Below are positions 56,264-64,000 of a stretch of 64,000 nucleotides of DNA, in pieces. The stretch covers positions 11,131 through 75,130 of the forward strand of contig JANXEV010000001.1 of the NCBI GenBank assembly GCA_025057985.1, written 5' to 3'. This DNA is from Candidatus Aenigmatarchaeota archaeon (GTDB lineage: Archaea > Aenigmatarchaeota > Aenigmatarchaeia > CG10238-14 > SpSt-28). The translations under genes were made by a program, and so were the position numbers. The notes beneath the pieces were generated by a model. That model had not been told where the DNA came from. It searched no databases and saw only the letters and a program-made list of their open reading frames with translations. Each line of letters begins with the position of its first letter. Position 1 is the first letter of the stretch.

Positions 56264-56968
56264 TCACCACCTTAACTTTTCAAAAAGATTATCGTCTACC
56301 AAAACTCCTCTTTTTTTGAAAAACTCATTAATGTTTTCTAAATCTCTCTTTAAAAAATCTAACGCCATCGGATGACTTTTAGTTACGGCATGACTAAAAT
56401 CTATGAGATATGGTTTTTCTAAAAACAAAACATTGTAAGAACTTAAATCAGCATGGATCAATCCACCTTTTAATAGTTTTTCGATATTTAAAATAACTTG
56501 ATCGTAAATTTCTTTCCAATTCAATCTTTCATTTTTCAAATCTTCCAAACTGGGAGCAGGGATTCCATTTTCTCCTATGAAAGACATCACAAGAACGTTG
56601 TTATATACAACTATCGGTTGCGAACAATCGACACCAGAATCAAATGCCGTTTTCATGTTTTTAAACTCTCTCTTAGCCCAGTTTAAAATAATATGCCATC
56701 TATTTTTTCTAACTCTCTCAAATCTATGGTCTGAAACCAAATATTTCCACATAGTTTTAAAGTCGCAGTATTCGACTCTATAAATCTTTAAAGCCAACCA
56801 TCTTTCATTTTGATCTTTAGCAGAGACGACTATACTTTCTTTCCCTTCTTTTATCGTAGATTCCAACGTTTTTATTACACCTTTTCTAATTAGTTTGTAT
56901 AAACTCATCAAAGTTCTTCTATCATAAACTTTACCCTCAATCTTACCTTCAGAGAAAAAGTCTTCCAT
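56264..56968 (-). CDS. rio1: RIO1 family kinase
   Basis: GKES, ALKIY, WAKREFKNM, VLVMSFIG, HADLSSYNVL, IDFS. Confidence 0.93.
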   Translation of the reverse strand: MEDFFSEGKIEGKVYDRRTLMSLYKLIRKGVIKTLESTIKEGKESIVVSAKDQNERWLALKIYRVEYCDFKTMWKYLVSDHRFERVRKNRWHIILNWAKREFKNMKTAFDSGVDCSQPIVVYNNVLVMSFIGENGIPAPSLEDLKNERLNWKEIYDQVILNIEKLLKGGLIHADLSSYNVLFLEKPYLIDFSHAVTKSHPMALDFLKRDLENINEFFKKRGVLVDDNLFEKLRW

Positions 56969-56975
56969 TAAAAAA

Positions 56976-57296
56976 TTATATCTGCAAGTTTTTTATGTAG
57001 CCGTTTTTCTTCAACCAATTCGCTTGAGTCGGCGTATATCTAAAAATTACGTCCCCTCTTTTATCTCCCTGAATCTTCCATGGCTCGATCAAAACCAAGT
57101 CCCTCTCTCTAATCCAAACTCTTTTCCTAAGTTTTCCAGGAATCCTACAAATTCTTTCTTTATTGTCATCACAAATAACTTTCATTCTATCCCCACCTAA
57201 CATAGAATCTACTATACCTAAAACTTCACCTTCTCTCGGCAATCTTATTCTTGAAATCTCTAACTCTTCTTCAGTAGGCTCGTATCTTTTTGTCAT
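56976..57296 (-). CDS. eif1a: Translation initiation factor aIF1A
   Basis: RLP..GE, MLGG, RICRIPGK, WIR..D.V...PW. Confidence 0.96.
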   Translation of the reverse strand: MTKRYEPTEEELEISRIRLPREGEVLGIVDSMLGGDRMKVICDDNKERICRIPGKLRKRVWIRERDLVLIEPWKIQGDKRGDVIFRYTPTQANWLKKNGYIKNLQI

Positions 57297-57837
57297 AAAT
57301 TTTAATTAAAACTGTGTCCTTATATTTTCTTTTACCATCCTTTAATCCGACTAATTTTCTAGAAAATTTTTCTTCTACTACATACCTCTTTTTTATTTTC
57401 ATCACAAAGTCCCTCATCAAACTTTTCGATGAAAAATGAATATCATAACCTCCCTCAACTTCCTTCGTGTTTAAAGCCAAACCCTCTACCAACTCGTTCA
57501 AAATCCTCTTCTCTCCTCTTAGTTGTAAGATCGCAACTACTCTATTAGAAAAACTCTCTTTGCATCTTTTACATAGAAACTCTTCTTCCTCAAACTCCAT
57601 TTTCTCTTTTAAAACGTGAACGACTTCACTTGGGAATTTTTTAGAAAGAAATTTTTTAATATAAAATTCTATGACTTTATCGTTCGAGTTGTAAAATTTA
57701 TTAAAAAAGAATTTTCTCCCACAAATTTTACAATTTTTTATTCTAATTTTTTCCAACTTCAACCTATCGACATAACAACTTAAACAAAGATTCTCGTAAA
57801 ACTTTTCTGTTTCTCTACCACATCTTGCACATATCAT
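57271..57837 (-). CDS. Short NMD3-like protein
   Basis: CARCG, CLSC, CKICG, CKRC...AILQLRG, KLVG.KDGK..Y+.TV. Confidence 0.8.
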   Translation of the reverse strand: MICARCGRETEKFYENLCLSCYVDRLKLEKIRIKNCKICGRKFFFNKFYNSNDKVIEFYIKKFLSKKFPSEVVHVLKEKMEFEEEEFLCKRCKESFSNRVVAILQLRGEKRILNELVEGLALNTKEVEGGYDIHFSSKSLMRDFVMKIKKRYVVEEKFSRKLVGLKDGKRKYKDTVLIKIYDKKIRAY

Positions 57838-57865
57838 AAATAAATAATAAAATACAAAGAAATTA

Positions 57866-58537
57866 ATGGAGTTTGCATTGGTACCAGCTTATAACGAAGA
57901 AAAAACCATAGACATAGTTGTTAAAAGATTAAAAAAAATGGGATTCAAAGTATTGGTCGTAGACGACGGAAGTAAAGACAAAACATATGAAAAGGCAAAA
58001 AAAGCTGGCGCCATTGTGATAAGACATGAAAAAAATATGGGAAAGGGTGAAGCATTAAAAACCGGGTTTAATTTTTTAAGAAGAAAAAAAATAAATTCAG
58101 TTGTTATTATAGACGCTGATCTCCAATTTCTACCTGAAGAAGCAACAAAATTACTGGAAAAAATAAGAAATGGTAGTGCTGACATAGTGATGGGTTGTAG
58201 AATGTGGAAAAATGTACCGTTTCGGCATAAAATAGGAAATTTTATATGGAGATTCTTCTTCAATATTTTATTTGGAACCAAACTGAAAGACACAAATTGT
58301 GGATTTATGGCTCTAAACAAAAAAGCTTTAGAAAAAATCGAAAAAATTAAAGGTGGTTATATAATAGAAAACTCGATTCTCTCGGATGCGGTAGAAAAAG
58401 GTTTGAGGATAGAAAATGTACCAGTAAAAGTTTTTTACCATAAAAAAAGTGGTTTAAAAAGGGGTTTGAGGATAGTTTTTGGTGTCCTGATGTTTATAAT
58501 AATGGAAGGGATGAAGTATAGAATCAACAAACTTTAA
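57866..58537 (+). CDS. GT2 glycosyltransferase (Dol-P-Man synthase-like)
   Basis: VPAYNEE, VDDGSKD, N.GKG.A, DADLQ, DTNCGF. Confidence 0.92.
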   Translation: MEFALVPAYNEEKTIDIVVKRLKKMGFKVLVVDDGSKDKTYEKAKKAGAIVIRHEKNMGKGEALKTGFNFLRRKKINSVVIIDADLQFLPEEATKLLEKIRNGSADIVMGCRMWKNVPFRHKIGNFIWRFFFNILFGTKLKDTNCGFMALNKKALEKIEKIKGGYIIENSILSDAVEKGLRIENVPVKVFYHKKSGLKRGLRIVFGVLMFIIMEGMKYRINKL

Positions 58538-59699
58538 ATTTTCCGTCTATCAAATCTTGAATAAAATCTTTAAGTGTTTCGAATCTTTTTTCAACTATTT
58601 CAACGATTTTCTTCTCATCGTCCTTTTCCAATCTATCAACTTCTACAGATATAACCAAAGGATCGTTGATTGGTCTTCCGATTTGACTTAATAGCCAAAC
58701 ATAGGTGTGTTTACCGATTTCTTCGTAAATTTTATTGGCAATGTCGAACGCTAAAATGTTATAGATTTTTCCAACATGACTAACCATGTTTTTTCCTGCA
58801 GCAGCTTCAGAACCAGCTGGTCTATTCAAACAAATCAGTCCATTAACTCTGTTTCCTCTTCCAACCTCTCCTGAATCTGCAGATTCAGCGCTTGTCCCAG
58901 TAACAGTCAAATAACACCCCTCTTCACCCTTCCCACGTTCATCTAGGGTGTTCATAAAAAGTCTCGGGGATATGTCGAATTTTTCCTTCAAAAATCTATT
59001 TATCTCAGCCAAAATTTCTTCTTTCTTCCTAAAATAATCGCTCTCGCTCTCAACATATCTATCGACAAAAGCCATCGCAATCGTATAAGTGAAATTTGAG
59101 TCGTCGCGCATACCCATAACTTTTATATCTTCTCCACTCCATGGATATCTTTCCTTGAAACCCTTAGAATTCAGATATTTTTCTAATTCTAAAACACTTT
59201 TTTCCAAGGTGGTTAAAGGTGCATAACCTACCAGAGCGCTGGTGTCGTTAGCTGGTAAAAATTTTTCTTTCCTAGAAAATATCGATGTTAACTCCTCAGA
59301 ACCGAATTTTATTTCGCTAACTATTTGTAAATTTTCTTCTCCAACAAACCTTAAATTCGTCTTAAACCAATTTATCGCAGAATTTTTAACTATTTCGAAT
59401 ATCGGAACTTCTTCGTTTCCAACCTTATAAGTCGCTCTGTCACCGAAAACGAGCTTCATCGGTTTTATTATTTTGCCTCCACCAAATTTTGTTTTCGCCT
59501 CTCCAGCAGAAAGTAAAGCTTTGTCGACATTATAATGAAATATTCTACCAAATTTTTTCAAATAATATTTGGCTAATTCTACTGAAATTTGGTCAGCTAT
59601 AGAATCGCATATAGTATCTGGATGGCCTATACCTTTTCTTTCAACGATTTCTATTCTAGGTTCTATGTACCTGAACTGACTTATTCGCAAATTTTTCAT
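58524..59699 (-). CDS. mat: S-adenosylmethionine synthetase, archaeal type
   Basis: EIVERKGIGHPDTICD, ANDTS, GEDIKVMG, DSGEVGRGNR, AAAGKN..SHVGKIYN. Confidence 0.96.
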   Translation of the reverse strand: MKNLRISQFRYIEPRIEIVERKGIGHPDTICDSIADQISVELAKYYLKKFGRIFHYNVDKALLSAGEAKTKFGGGKIIKPMKLVFGDRATYKVGNEEVPIFEIVKNSAINWFKTNLRFVGEENLQIVSEIKFGSEELTSIFSRKEKFLPANDTSALVGYAPLTTLEKSVLELEKYLNSKGFKERYPWSGEDIKVMGMRDDSNFTYTIAMAFVDRYVESESDYFRKKEEILAEINRFLKEKFDISPRLFMNTLDERGKGEEGCYLTVTGTSAESADSGEVGRGNRVNGLICLNRPAGSEAAAGKNMVSHVGKIYNILAFDIANKIYEEIGKHTYVWLLSQIGRPINDPLVISVEVDRLEKDDEKKIVEIVEKRFETLKDFIQDLIDGKFKVC

Positions 59700-59750
59700 T
59701 AATAATTCTTGTTTTGATTGGTTATAAAGTTAATTTTCTATGGAATTTCT

Positions 59751-59824
59751 TGGGACGGGTGGGATTTGAACCCACGACGCACCGGTCTTCAGCCGGTCGC
59801 TCTCCCGGACTGAGCTACCGTCCC
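59751..59824 (-). tRNA. tRNA-Phe(GAA)
   Basis: GGGACGG/CCGTCCC acceptor, ACCGG-CTGAAGA-CCGGT anticodon arm, GGTTCAAATCC. Confidence 0.95.
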
Positions 59825-59852
59825 AAATAAATTTCATTGTATGAACTCAATT

Positions 59853-60068
59853 TTATTCTTTTTTCTCCCCATATATTTCGCTAACTTTGTATGTCAAAAC
59901 TGTAGGGGAACTGAATCTACCAAGTGTTATTTTTATATTTTTGATTCCTTTTTTGAAACACTCCCTAGGAGAAATCACTAAGGTTTGCCCATCATCTTCT
60001 ATACAAACACAATCCAAAAGCCATTCTGGAGAAATTTTCTTCTTAGTCTCTTCTTTTAATTCTTCCAT
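59853..60068 (-). CDS. Hypothetical 71-aa protein
   Basis: ATG ORF with protein-like composition filling the gap; no motif recognised. Confidence 0.55.
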   Translation of the reverse strand: MEELKEETKKKISPEWLLDCVCIEDDGQTLVISPRECFKKGIKNIKITLGRFSSPTVLTYKVSEIYGEKKE

Positions 60069-60090
60069 TTATAATCTTAATTTTCAAAAG

Positions 60091-60249
60091 TTAAAGTCTT
60101 TTCACATACCCACATCTCGGGCAGACCCAAACCTCTTTTTCCATTTCATAAAAACTCTTTTCTTTCTTCATTTCAACCTCGACACCAGAATTTTGTTTGC
60201 AAAACTCACAAACACCATAACACCAAAAAACACATCCATTGATAGACAT
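60091..60249 (-). CDS. 52-aa Cys-rich zinc-ribbon microprotein
   Basis: Not in ORF track. MSINGCVFWCYGVCEFCKQNSGVEVEMKKEKSFYEMEKEVWVCPRCGYVKRL. Confidence 0.75.
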   Translation of the reverse strand: MSINGCVFWCYGVCEFCKQNSGVEVEMKKEKSFYEMEKEVWVCPRCGYVKRL

Positions 60250-60304
60250 TAAATAAAATTTAATTGATTTAAAAGCTTAACTTTTGCGAACAAAGAAAAA
60301 TAAT

Positions 60305-61990
60305 ATGGAATATAAAACACTTGTAGAATACTATGAAAAGTTGGAGCGAACTTCTTCTAAAATTGAAAAAGCAAAAATACTAGCCGAACTTTTAAAAATG
60401 TGTAATCCAAACGATCTAGAAAGGGTTATCTACCTGGTACAGGGAAGTTTGTATCCGAAATATATGCAAATAGAATTGGGAGTGGCTACACAACTAATGA
60501 TTAAAGTGATAAACAAAACCATAGGTGTCTCAAGGGAAAAAATAGAAGAAGAATTTACAAAAACTGGTGATTTGGGATTGACTGTAGAAAAATTGATACC
60601 GTCAAAAAAACAAGTAACTCTTTTTAAAAAAAGTCTTACAGTAGAAGAAGTTTTTGAAAATTTAAGAAAAGTGGCCACTGCTTCTGGAGAAGGAGCGCAA
60701 GAAAAAAAAATAAACATATTGACAAGTCTTTTGTTGATGTGTACACCAAAAGAAGCAAAATATCTGGTTAGAACTGTACTAGGAGAGTTAAGAGTCGGTG
60801 TTGCTGAAGGTATAATAAGAGACGCTATAGTTGAAGCTTTTTTCGAAAAGAAAAAAGAAGTAGAAGAAGTGATAGACTACGCTTGGAGTATATTATCGGA
60901 TTTTGCGGCTGTGGCGAAAATAGCTAAAGAAAGTGGTCTAGAGGGGCTTAAAAACATAAAAATAGAATTTGGTAGACCGATACAGGTTATGCTTGGCGAA
61001 AAAGCTGAAAGCATAGAAGAAGTAGTTAAAGAATTTGGTAAAGTCGCGGCTGAATGGAAATATGATGGTATGAGGACTTTGATAATGAAAAAGGGTAATA
61101 AAATTTTACTGTTTACTAGAAGACAAGAAAATGTAACGGCTCAATTTCCAGATTTAGTAGAACTTTGTATTAAAGGAATAAAAGCTGAGGAGTGTGTAGT
61201 CGAAGGCGAGACGATAGCTGTGAATCCAAAAACAGGAGATCCGTTGGCTTTTCAAGTTTTGTCTAGGAGAATTCATAGAAAATATGAAATTGAAAAAATG
61301 GTAGAGAAAATTCCTATTAGAATTCATTTATTCGACATTTTATATTTAAACGGTGAGATGTTGATTTCAAAGCCGCTGATAGAAAGAAGGAAAATTCTAG
61401 AAAACGTTATAGAGAAAATAGAAGGAAAGTTCGAATTAGCCAAACAAATTATATCTGATGATGTTAAAGAAATAGAAGAGTTTTATCAAGAATCTTTGAA
61501 CGCTAAGCAAGAAGGATTGATGCTAAAAGTTTTAACCTCACCCTACAAGTTTGGTCGACATGTTGGTGGTTGGTATAAAATAAAACCAACGATGGAAAGT
61601 TTAGATCTTGTTATTGTTGGGGCGACTTGGGGCGAAGGTAGTAGAGCTAATTGGTTAACTTCTTACGAGCTTGCTGTGAGAGATCCGGATACTGGGAATT
61701 TTTTGAGGTGTGGTATGATGTCGACTGGTTTAAAGGAGGAGGAGTATGAGATGATGACCGAAATTTTGAAGCCGCTAATAATTTATGAAAAGGGTAAAGA
61801 GGTTAAAGTTAGACCAAAAATAGTTATAGAGGTAAAATATCAAGAAATTCAAAAATCGCCTAATTACGAAGCTGGATATGCTCTAAGATTTCCTTCTTTT
61901 GTTAGAATAAGGGACGATAAAGGCCCAGAAGAAGCAGACACGATAGAAAGGTTGATAGAGCTCTATAAATCGCAAGGAAAGGTGGGTTAG
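60305..61990 (+). CDS. lig: ATP-dependent DNA ligase
   Basis: GDLG, EWKYDG.R, EGE, FDILY, EGLM.K, W.K.K, ALRFP...RIR.DK; start placed at MEYK. Confidence 0.97.
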   Translation: MEYKTLVEYYEKLERTSSKIEKAKILAELLKMCNPNDLERVIYLVQGSLYPKYMQIELGVATQLMIKVINKTIGVSREKIEEEFTKTGDLGLTVEKLIPSKKQVTLFKKSLTVEEVFENLRKVATASGEGAQEKKINILTSLLLMCTPKEAKYLVRTVLGELRVGVAEGIIRDAIVEAFFEKKKEVEEVIDYAWSILSDFAAVAKIAKESGLEGLKNIKIEFGRPIQVMLGEKAESIEEVVKEFGKVAAEWKYDGMRTLIMKKGNKILLFTRRQENVTAQFPDLVELCIKGIKAEECVVEGETIAVNPKTGDPLAFQVLSRRIHRKYEIEKMVEKIPIRIHLFDILYLNGEMLISKPLIERRKILENVIEKIEGKFELAKQIISDDVKEIEEFYQESLNAKQEGLMLKVLTSPYKFGRHVGGWYKIKPTMESLDLVIVGATWGEGSRANWLTSYELAVRDPDTGNFLRCGMMSTGLKEEEYEMMTEILKPLIIYEKGKEVKVRPKIVIEVKYQEIQKSPNYEAGYALRFPSFVRIRDDKGPEEADTIERLIELYKSQGKVG

Positions 61991-62027
61991 AAAAAGTTTT
62001 TTAATATTTTAATTCAATTTAGAAAGT

Positions 62028-62447
62028 ATGGTAAACGCATTAGAAGTACCGCCACAGAAATTAGTAGAAAGATTGAAAGAAGAACTAAAAAAATTTGAAA
62101 AAATAAAGCCACCTCTTTGGGCAAAGATTGTTAAAAGTGGTGTACATAAAGAAAGACCACCAGAGCAAGAAGATTTTTGGTATATAAGAGCGGCTTCTAT
62201 TTTAAGAAGACTCTACATAAACGGACCGGTTGGAGTTTCTAGACTTAGGACTTACTATGGTGGTAGAAAAAACAGAGGGATGCGTCCGAAGAAGTTCTAT
62301 AAATCCTCTGGTTCGATTATCAGAAAGATTTTACAACAACTAGAATCCGAAGGATTAGTAGCAAAAGAAAAAAAAGGTAGAGTTCTTACTCCGAAAGGTA
62401 GAAGTTTGATAGACAAAATCGCCGGTGAAATTCGTGGAAAAGGATGA
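62028..62447 (+). CDS. rps19e: Ribosomal protein eS19 (S19e)
   Basis: P.WA..VKSG.HKERPP, WY.RAAS.LR, YGG, SGSIIR..LQQLE. Confidence 0.96.
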   Translation: MVNALEVPPQKLVERLKEELKKFEKIKPPLWAKIVKSGVHKERPPEQEDFWYIRAASILRRLYINGPVGVSRLRTYYGGRKNRGMRPKKFYKSSGSIIRKILQQLESEGLVAKEKKGRVLTPKGRSLIDKIAGEIRGKG

Positions 62448-62637
62448 AAGAAATGAAATACTTAGAAAGATTTTGGAACCGGAAGCCAAAGAAAGGCTTT
62501 CAAGAGTAAAACTGGTTAAACCTAACCTCGTGGAGCAGGTAGAAAACTATTTAATAAATTTATTTCTTGCAGGAAAGATAAATAAAAAGATAGGTGAAAA
62601 TGAAATAATAGAAGTTTTAAAAAGACTTAACAGGTGA
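62425..62637 (+). CDS. PDCD5-like DNA-binding protein (short)
   Basis: ILRKIL.PEAKERL.RVKLVKP...VE..LI.L; follows eS19. Confidence 0.85.
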   Translation: MKFVEKDERNEILRKILEPEAKERLSRVKLVKPNLVEQVENYLINLFLAGKINKKIGENEIIEVLKRLNR

Positions 62638-62867
62638 AAACTGTGGGGAGAACAAAAAAAGTCGGTAGTGCTGGTAGATTTGGTGCGAGATATGGTAAAA
62701 AAATTAGGGAAAAAGTGGCAGAAATAGAAAAAGTTCAGAAAAGAAGACATATATGTCCGAGTTGTAAGATGGAATACTTGGTTAGAAGAGGTAGTGGTAT
62801 TTGGGTGTGTAAAAAGTGTGGGGGTAAATTTGCTGGACAAGCATACTATCCACCCAGGGTGATTTAA
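62634..62867 (+). CDS. rpl37ae: Ribosomal protein eL43 (L37ae)
   Basis: KVGSAGRFGARYG, CPSC, GIW.C.KCG..FAG.AY.P. Confidence 0.96.
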   Translation: MKTVGRTKKVGSAGRFGARYGKKIREKVAEIEKVQKRRHICPSCKMEYLVRRGSGIWVCKKCGGKFAGQAYYPPRVI

Positions 62868-62998
62868 TGTATAGATGCTTAAAATGCAAATCTTTGATAA
62901 CAGAATTTATTGAAGGGAAAGTGATGTGCCCACATTGCGGTTATAGAATACTGATTAAACTTAGGCCGGAAGTTGTGAAGAGAGTACAAGCAAGGTAA
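62867..62998 (+). CDS. rpoP: RNA polymerase subunit Rpo12 (RpoP)
   Basis: Not in ORF track. MYRCLKCKSLITEFIEGKVMCPHCGYRILIKLRPEVVKRVQAR; conserved position after eL43. Confidence 0.93.
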   Translation: MYRCLKCKSLITEFIEGKVMCPHCGYRILIKLRPEVVKRVQAR

Positions 62999-63029
62999 AA
63001 ACTTTTATTTTTAATAAACTTTCTAATAA

Positions 63030-63347
63030 ATGGAAAACGAAAAAATACTACAGGAATTTCAAGGACTGCAAGAGCAATATAGAATGTTGATAATACAGAA
63101 AGAAAGTTTAAAATTGCAAGTAATGGAAATTGAAAACGCTATAAAAGAATTGGAAAACTCACAAGAGAATTTCGCTTATAAAATTGTTGGTAATGTAATG
63201 GTGAAGAAAGGGAAGGATGAGATTATAAAAGAGTTGAAAGAAAATAAGGAGGAATTTGATTTGAGAATTAGCAATTTAGAGAAAATGGAGAAAATTGTAG
63301 AGGAAAGAATAAAAGAAATGGAGAGAAAAATAAAAAAGGGTGGATGA
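63030..63347 (+). CDS. pfdB: Prefoldin beta subunit
   Basis: Coiled coil / YKIVGNVMVK hairpin / coiled coil. Confidence 0.92.
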   Translation: MENEKILQEFQGLQEQYRMLIIQKESLKLQVMEIENAIKELENSQENFAYKIVGNVMVKKGKDEIIKELKENKEEFDLRISNLEKMEKIVEERIKEMERKIKKGG

Positions 63348-63606
63348 AATGGAGTATAAGCCCGTTTTGGAGATTTTGGAGAGAATAACGAACGATAGAA
63401 GCGTTCCGAAAAATGTAAGAGAAGCTGTGGAGAGGGTGAAAGGTGTTTTAAGTAGCAAAAGGGATGAAGAACTAAAGACAAACGAAGCTATCGTTATTTT
63501 GGACGAGATCGTAAACGACCCGAACCTTCCGATTCATGGAAGGACTATGATATGGAATGCTGTCAGTCTTCTCGAACAAATAAAAGCTAAGAAGAAGAAA
63601 AAATAA
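63340..63606 (+). CDS. UPF0147 family protein
   Basis: I.NDRSVPKNVR...LDEI.NDPNLP.HGRT.IW..VS.LE. Confidence 0.88.
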   Translation: MDEMEYKPVLEILERITNDRSVPKNVREAVERVKGVLSSKRDEELKTNEAIVILDEIVNDPNLPIHGRTMIWNAVSLLEQIKAKKKKK

Positions 63607-63636
63607 TGTTTTTAAATTTAGTTTCAATTAAATATT

Positions 63637-63978
63637 ATGCCAATTCATAAAATATTCGGAAATTTTCTAAAAAAGAAGAGAGAAGTGGAGGAGGAAGTTG
63701 AAATAAAAGAAGATGCTTTTAAAGAAGAAGTTAAACCGAAGATAAGAGTAGAAATTTTACAAGGCTATAGTGAAGTTGAGAAAATACAACAATATGTAAG
63801 AGAGGGGCAAATTGTTTTCTTAAACATAAAAAGTTTGAGAGAAAAAAACTTGAGTGAATTGAAAAGAAGTGTGGATAGGTTGAAAAACACGATTGAAGCA
63901 TTAAATGGAGATATAGTTGGTATTGACAACGACTATCTCCTACTGACGCCAAGCTATGCGAGAGTAGTAAGAGGTTGA
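63637..63978 (+). CDS. sepF: Cell division protein SepF
   Basis: Amphipathic N-terminus, REG.IV.LNI, LKR.V..LK....GDIVG......LTP. Confidence 0.88.
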   Translation: MPIHKIFGNFLKKKREVEEEVEIKEDAFKEEVKPKIRVEILQGYSEVEKIQQYVREGQIVFLNIKSLREKNLSELKRSVDRLKNTIEALNGDIVGIDNDYLLLTPSYARVVRG

Positions 63979-64000
63979 ATGGTGTGTTTAAAGTTGAAGT

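Noticed and set aside
1..64000. CRISPR arrays, rRNA, integrases/IS elements, att-site duplications at tRNAs, inteins
   Set aside because: None seen by eye: no regularly spaced repeats, no long GC-rich RNA tract, no recombinase or transposase ORF, and protein lengths leave no room for inteins.
63979..64000. ORF start MVCLKLK after sepF
   Set aside because: Only seven codons lie inside the window; cannot be identified.

Overview
64 kb of AT-rich, very gene-dense archaeal chromosome, almost all housekeeping genes. It encodes a histone, FEN1, Mre11/Rad50, NurA, Topo VI, PCNA, DNA ligase, Cdc6, translation factors aIF5A/aIF5B/aIF2-gamma/aIF6/aIF1A, RNA polymerase subunits, scattered ribosomal proteins, thermosome/prefoldin and SepF. 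There are also two type IV pilus ATPase/platform loci, orphan pilins and five tRNAs, two with introns. Compact proteins, dispersed ribosomal-protein genes and short intergenic regions suggest a genome-reduced DPANN-type archaeon (inference only). I saw no rRNA, CRISPR array or mobile element. Reading the gaps in the ORF track gave several unlisted small ORFs. The most striking is a 49-aa gene translationally coupled to a C-terminally truncated alanyl-tRNA synthetase; it is a stand-alone copy of that enzyme's own C-terminal dimerisation helices. Other highlights: an initiator tRNA with a D-loop intron, an eS26 homologue, a CBS-HPF fusion, an aIF2-gamma lacking the P-loop Asp, an orphan formate-dehydrogenase-like molybdoenzyme, a zinc-ribbon/glmS unit facing an unusual HTH regulator, a Cys-rich repeat surface protein and a C2HC zinc-finger microprotein overlapping PCNA. 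All calls are by eye from motifs; no database searches were run.
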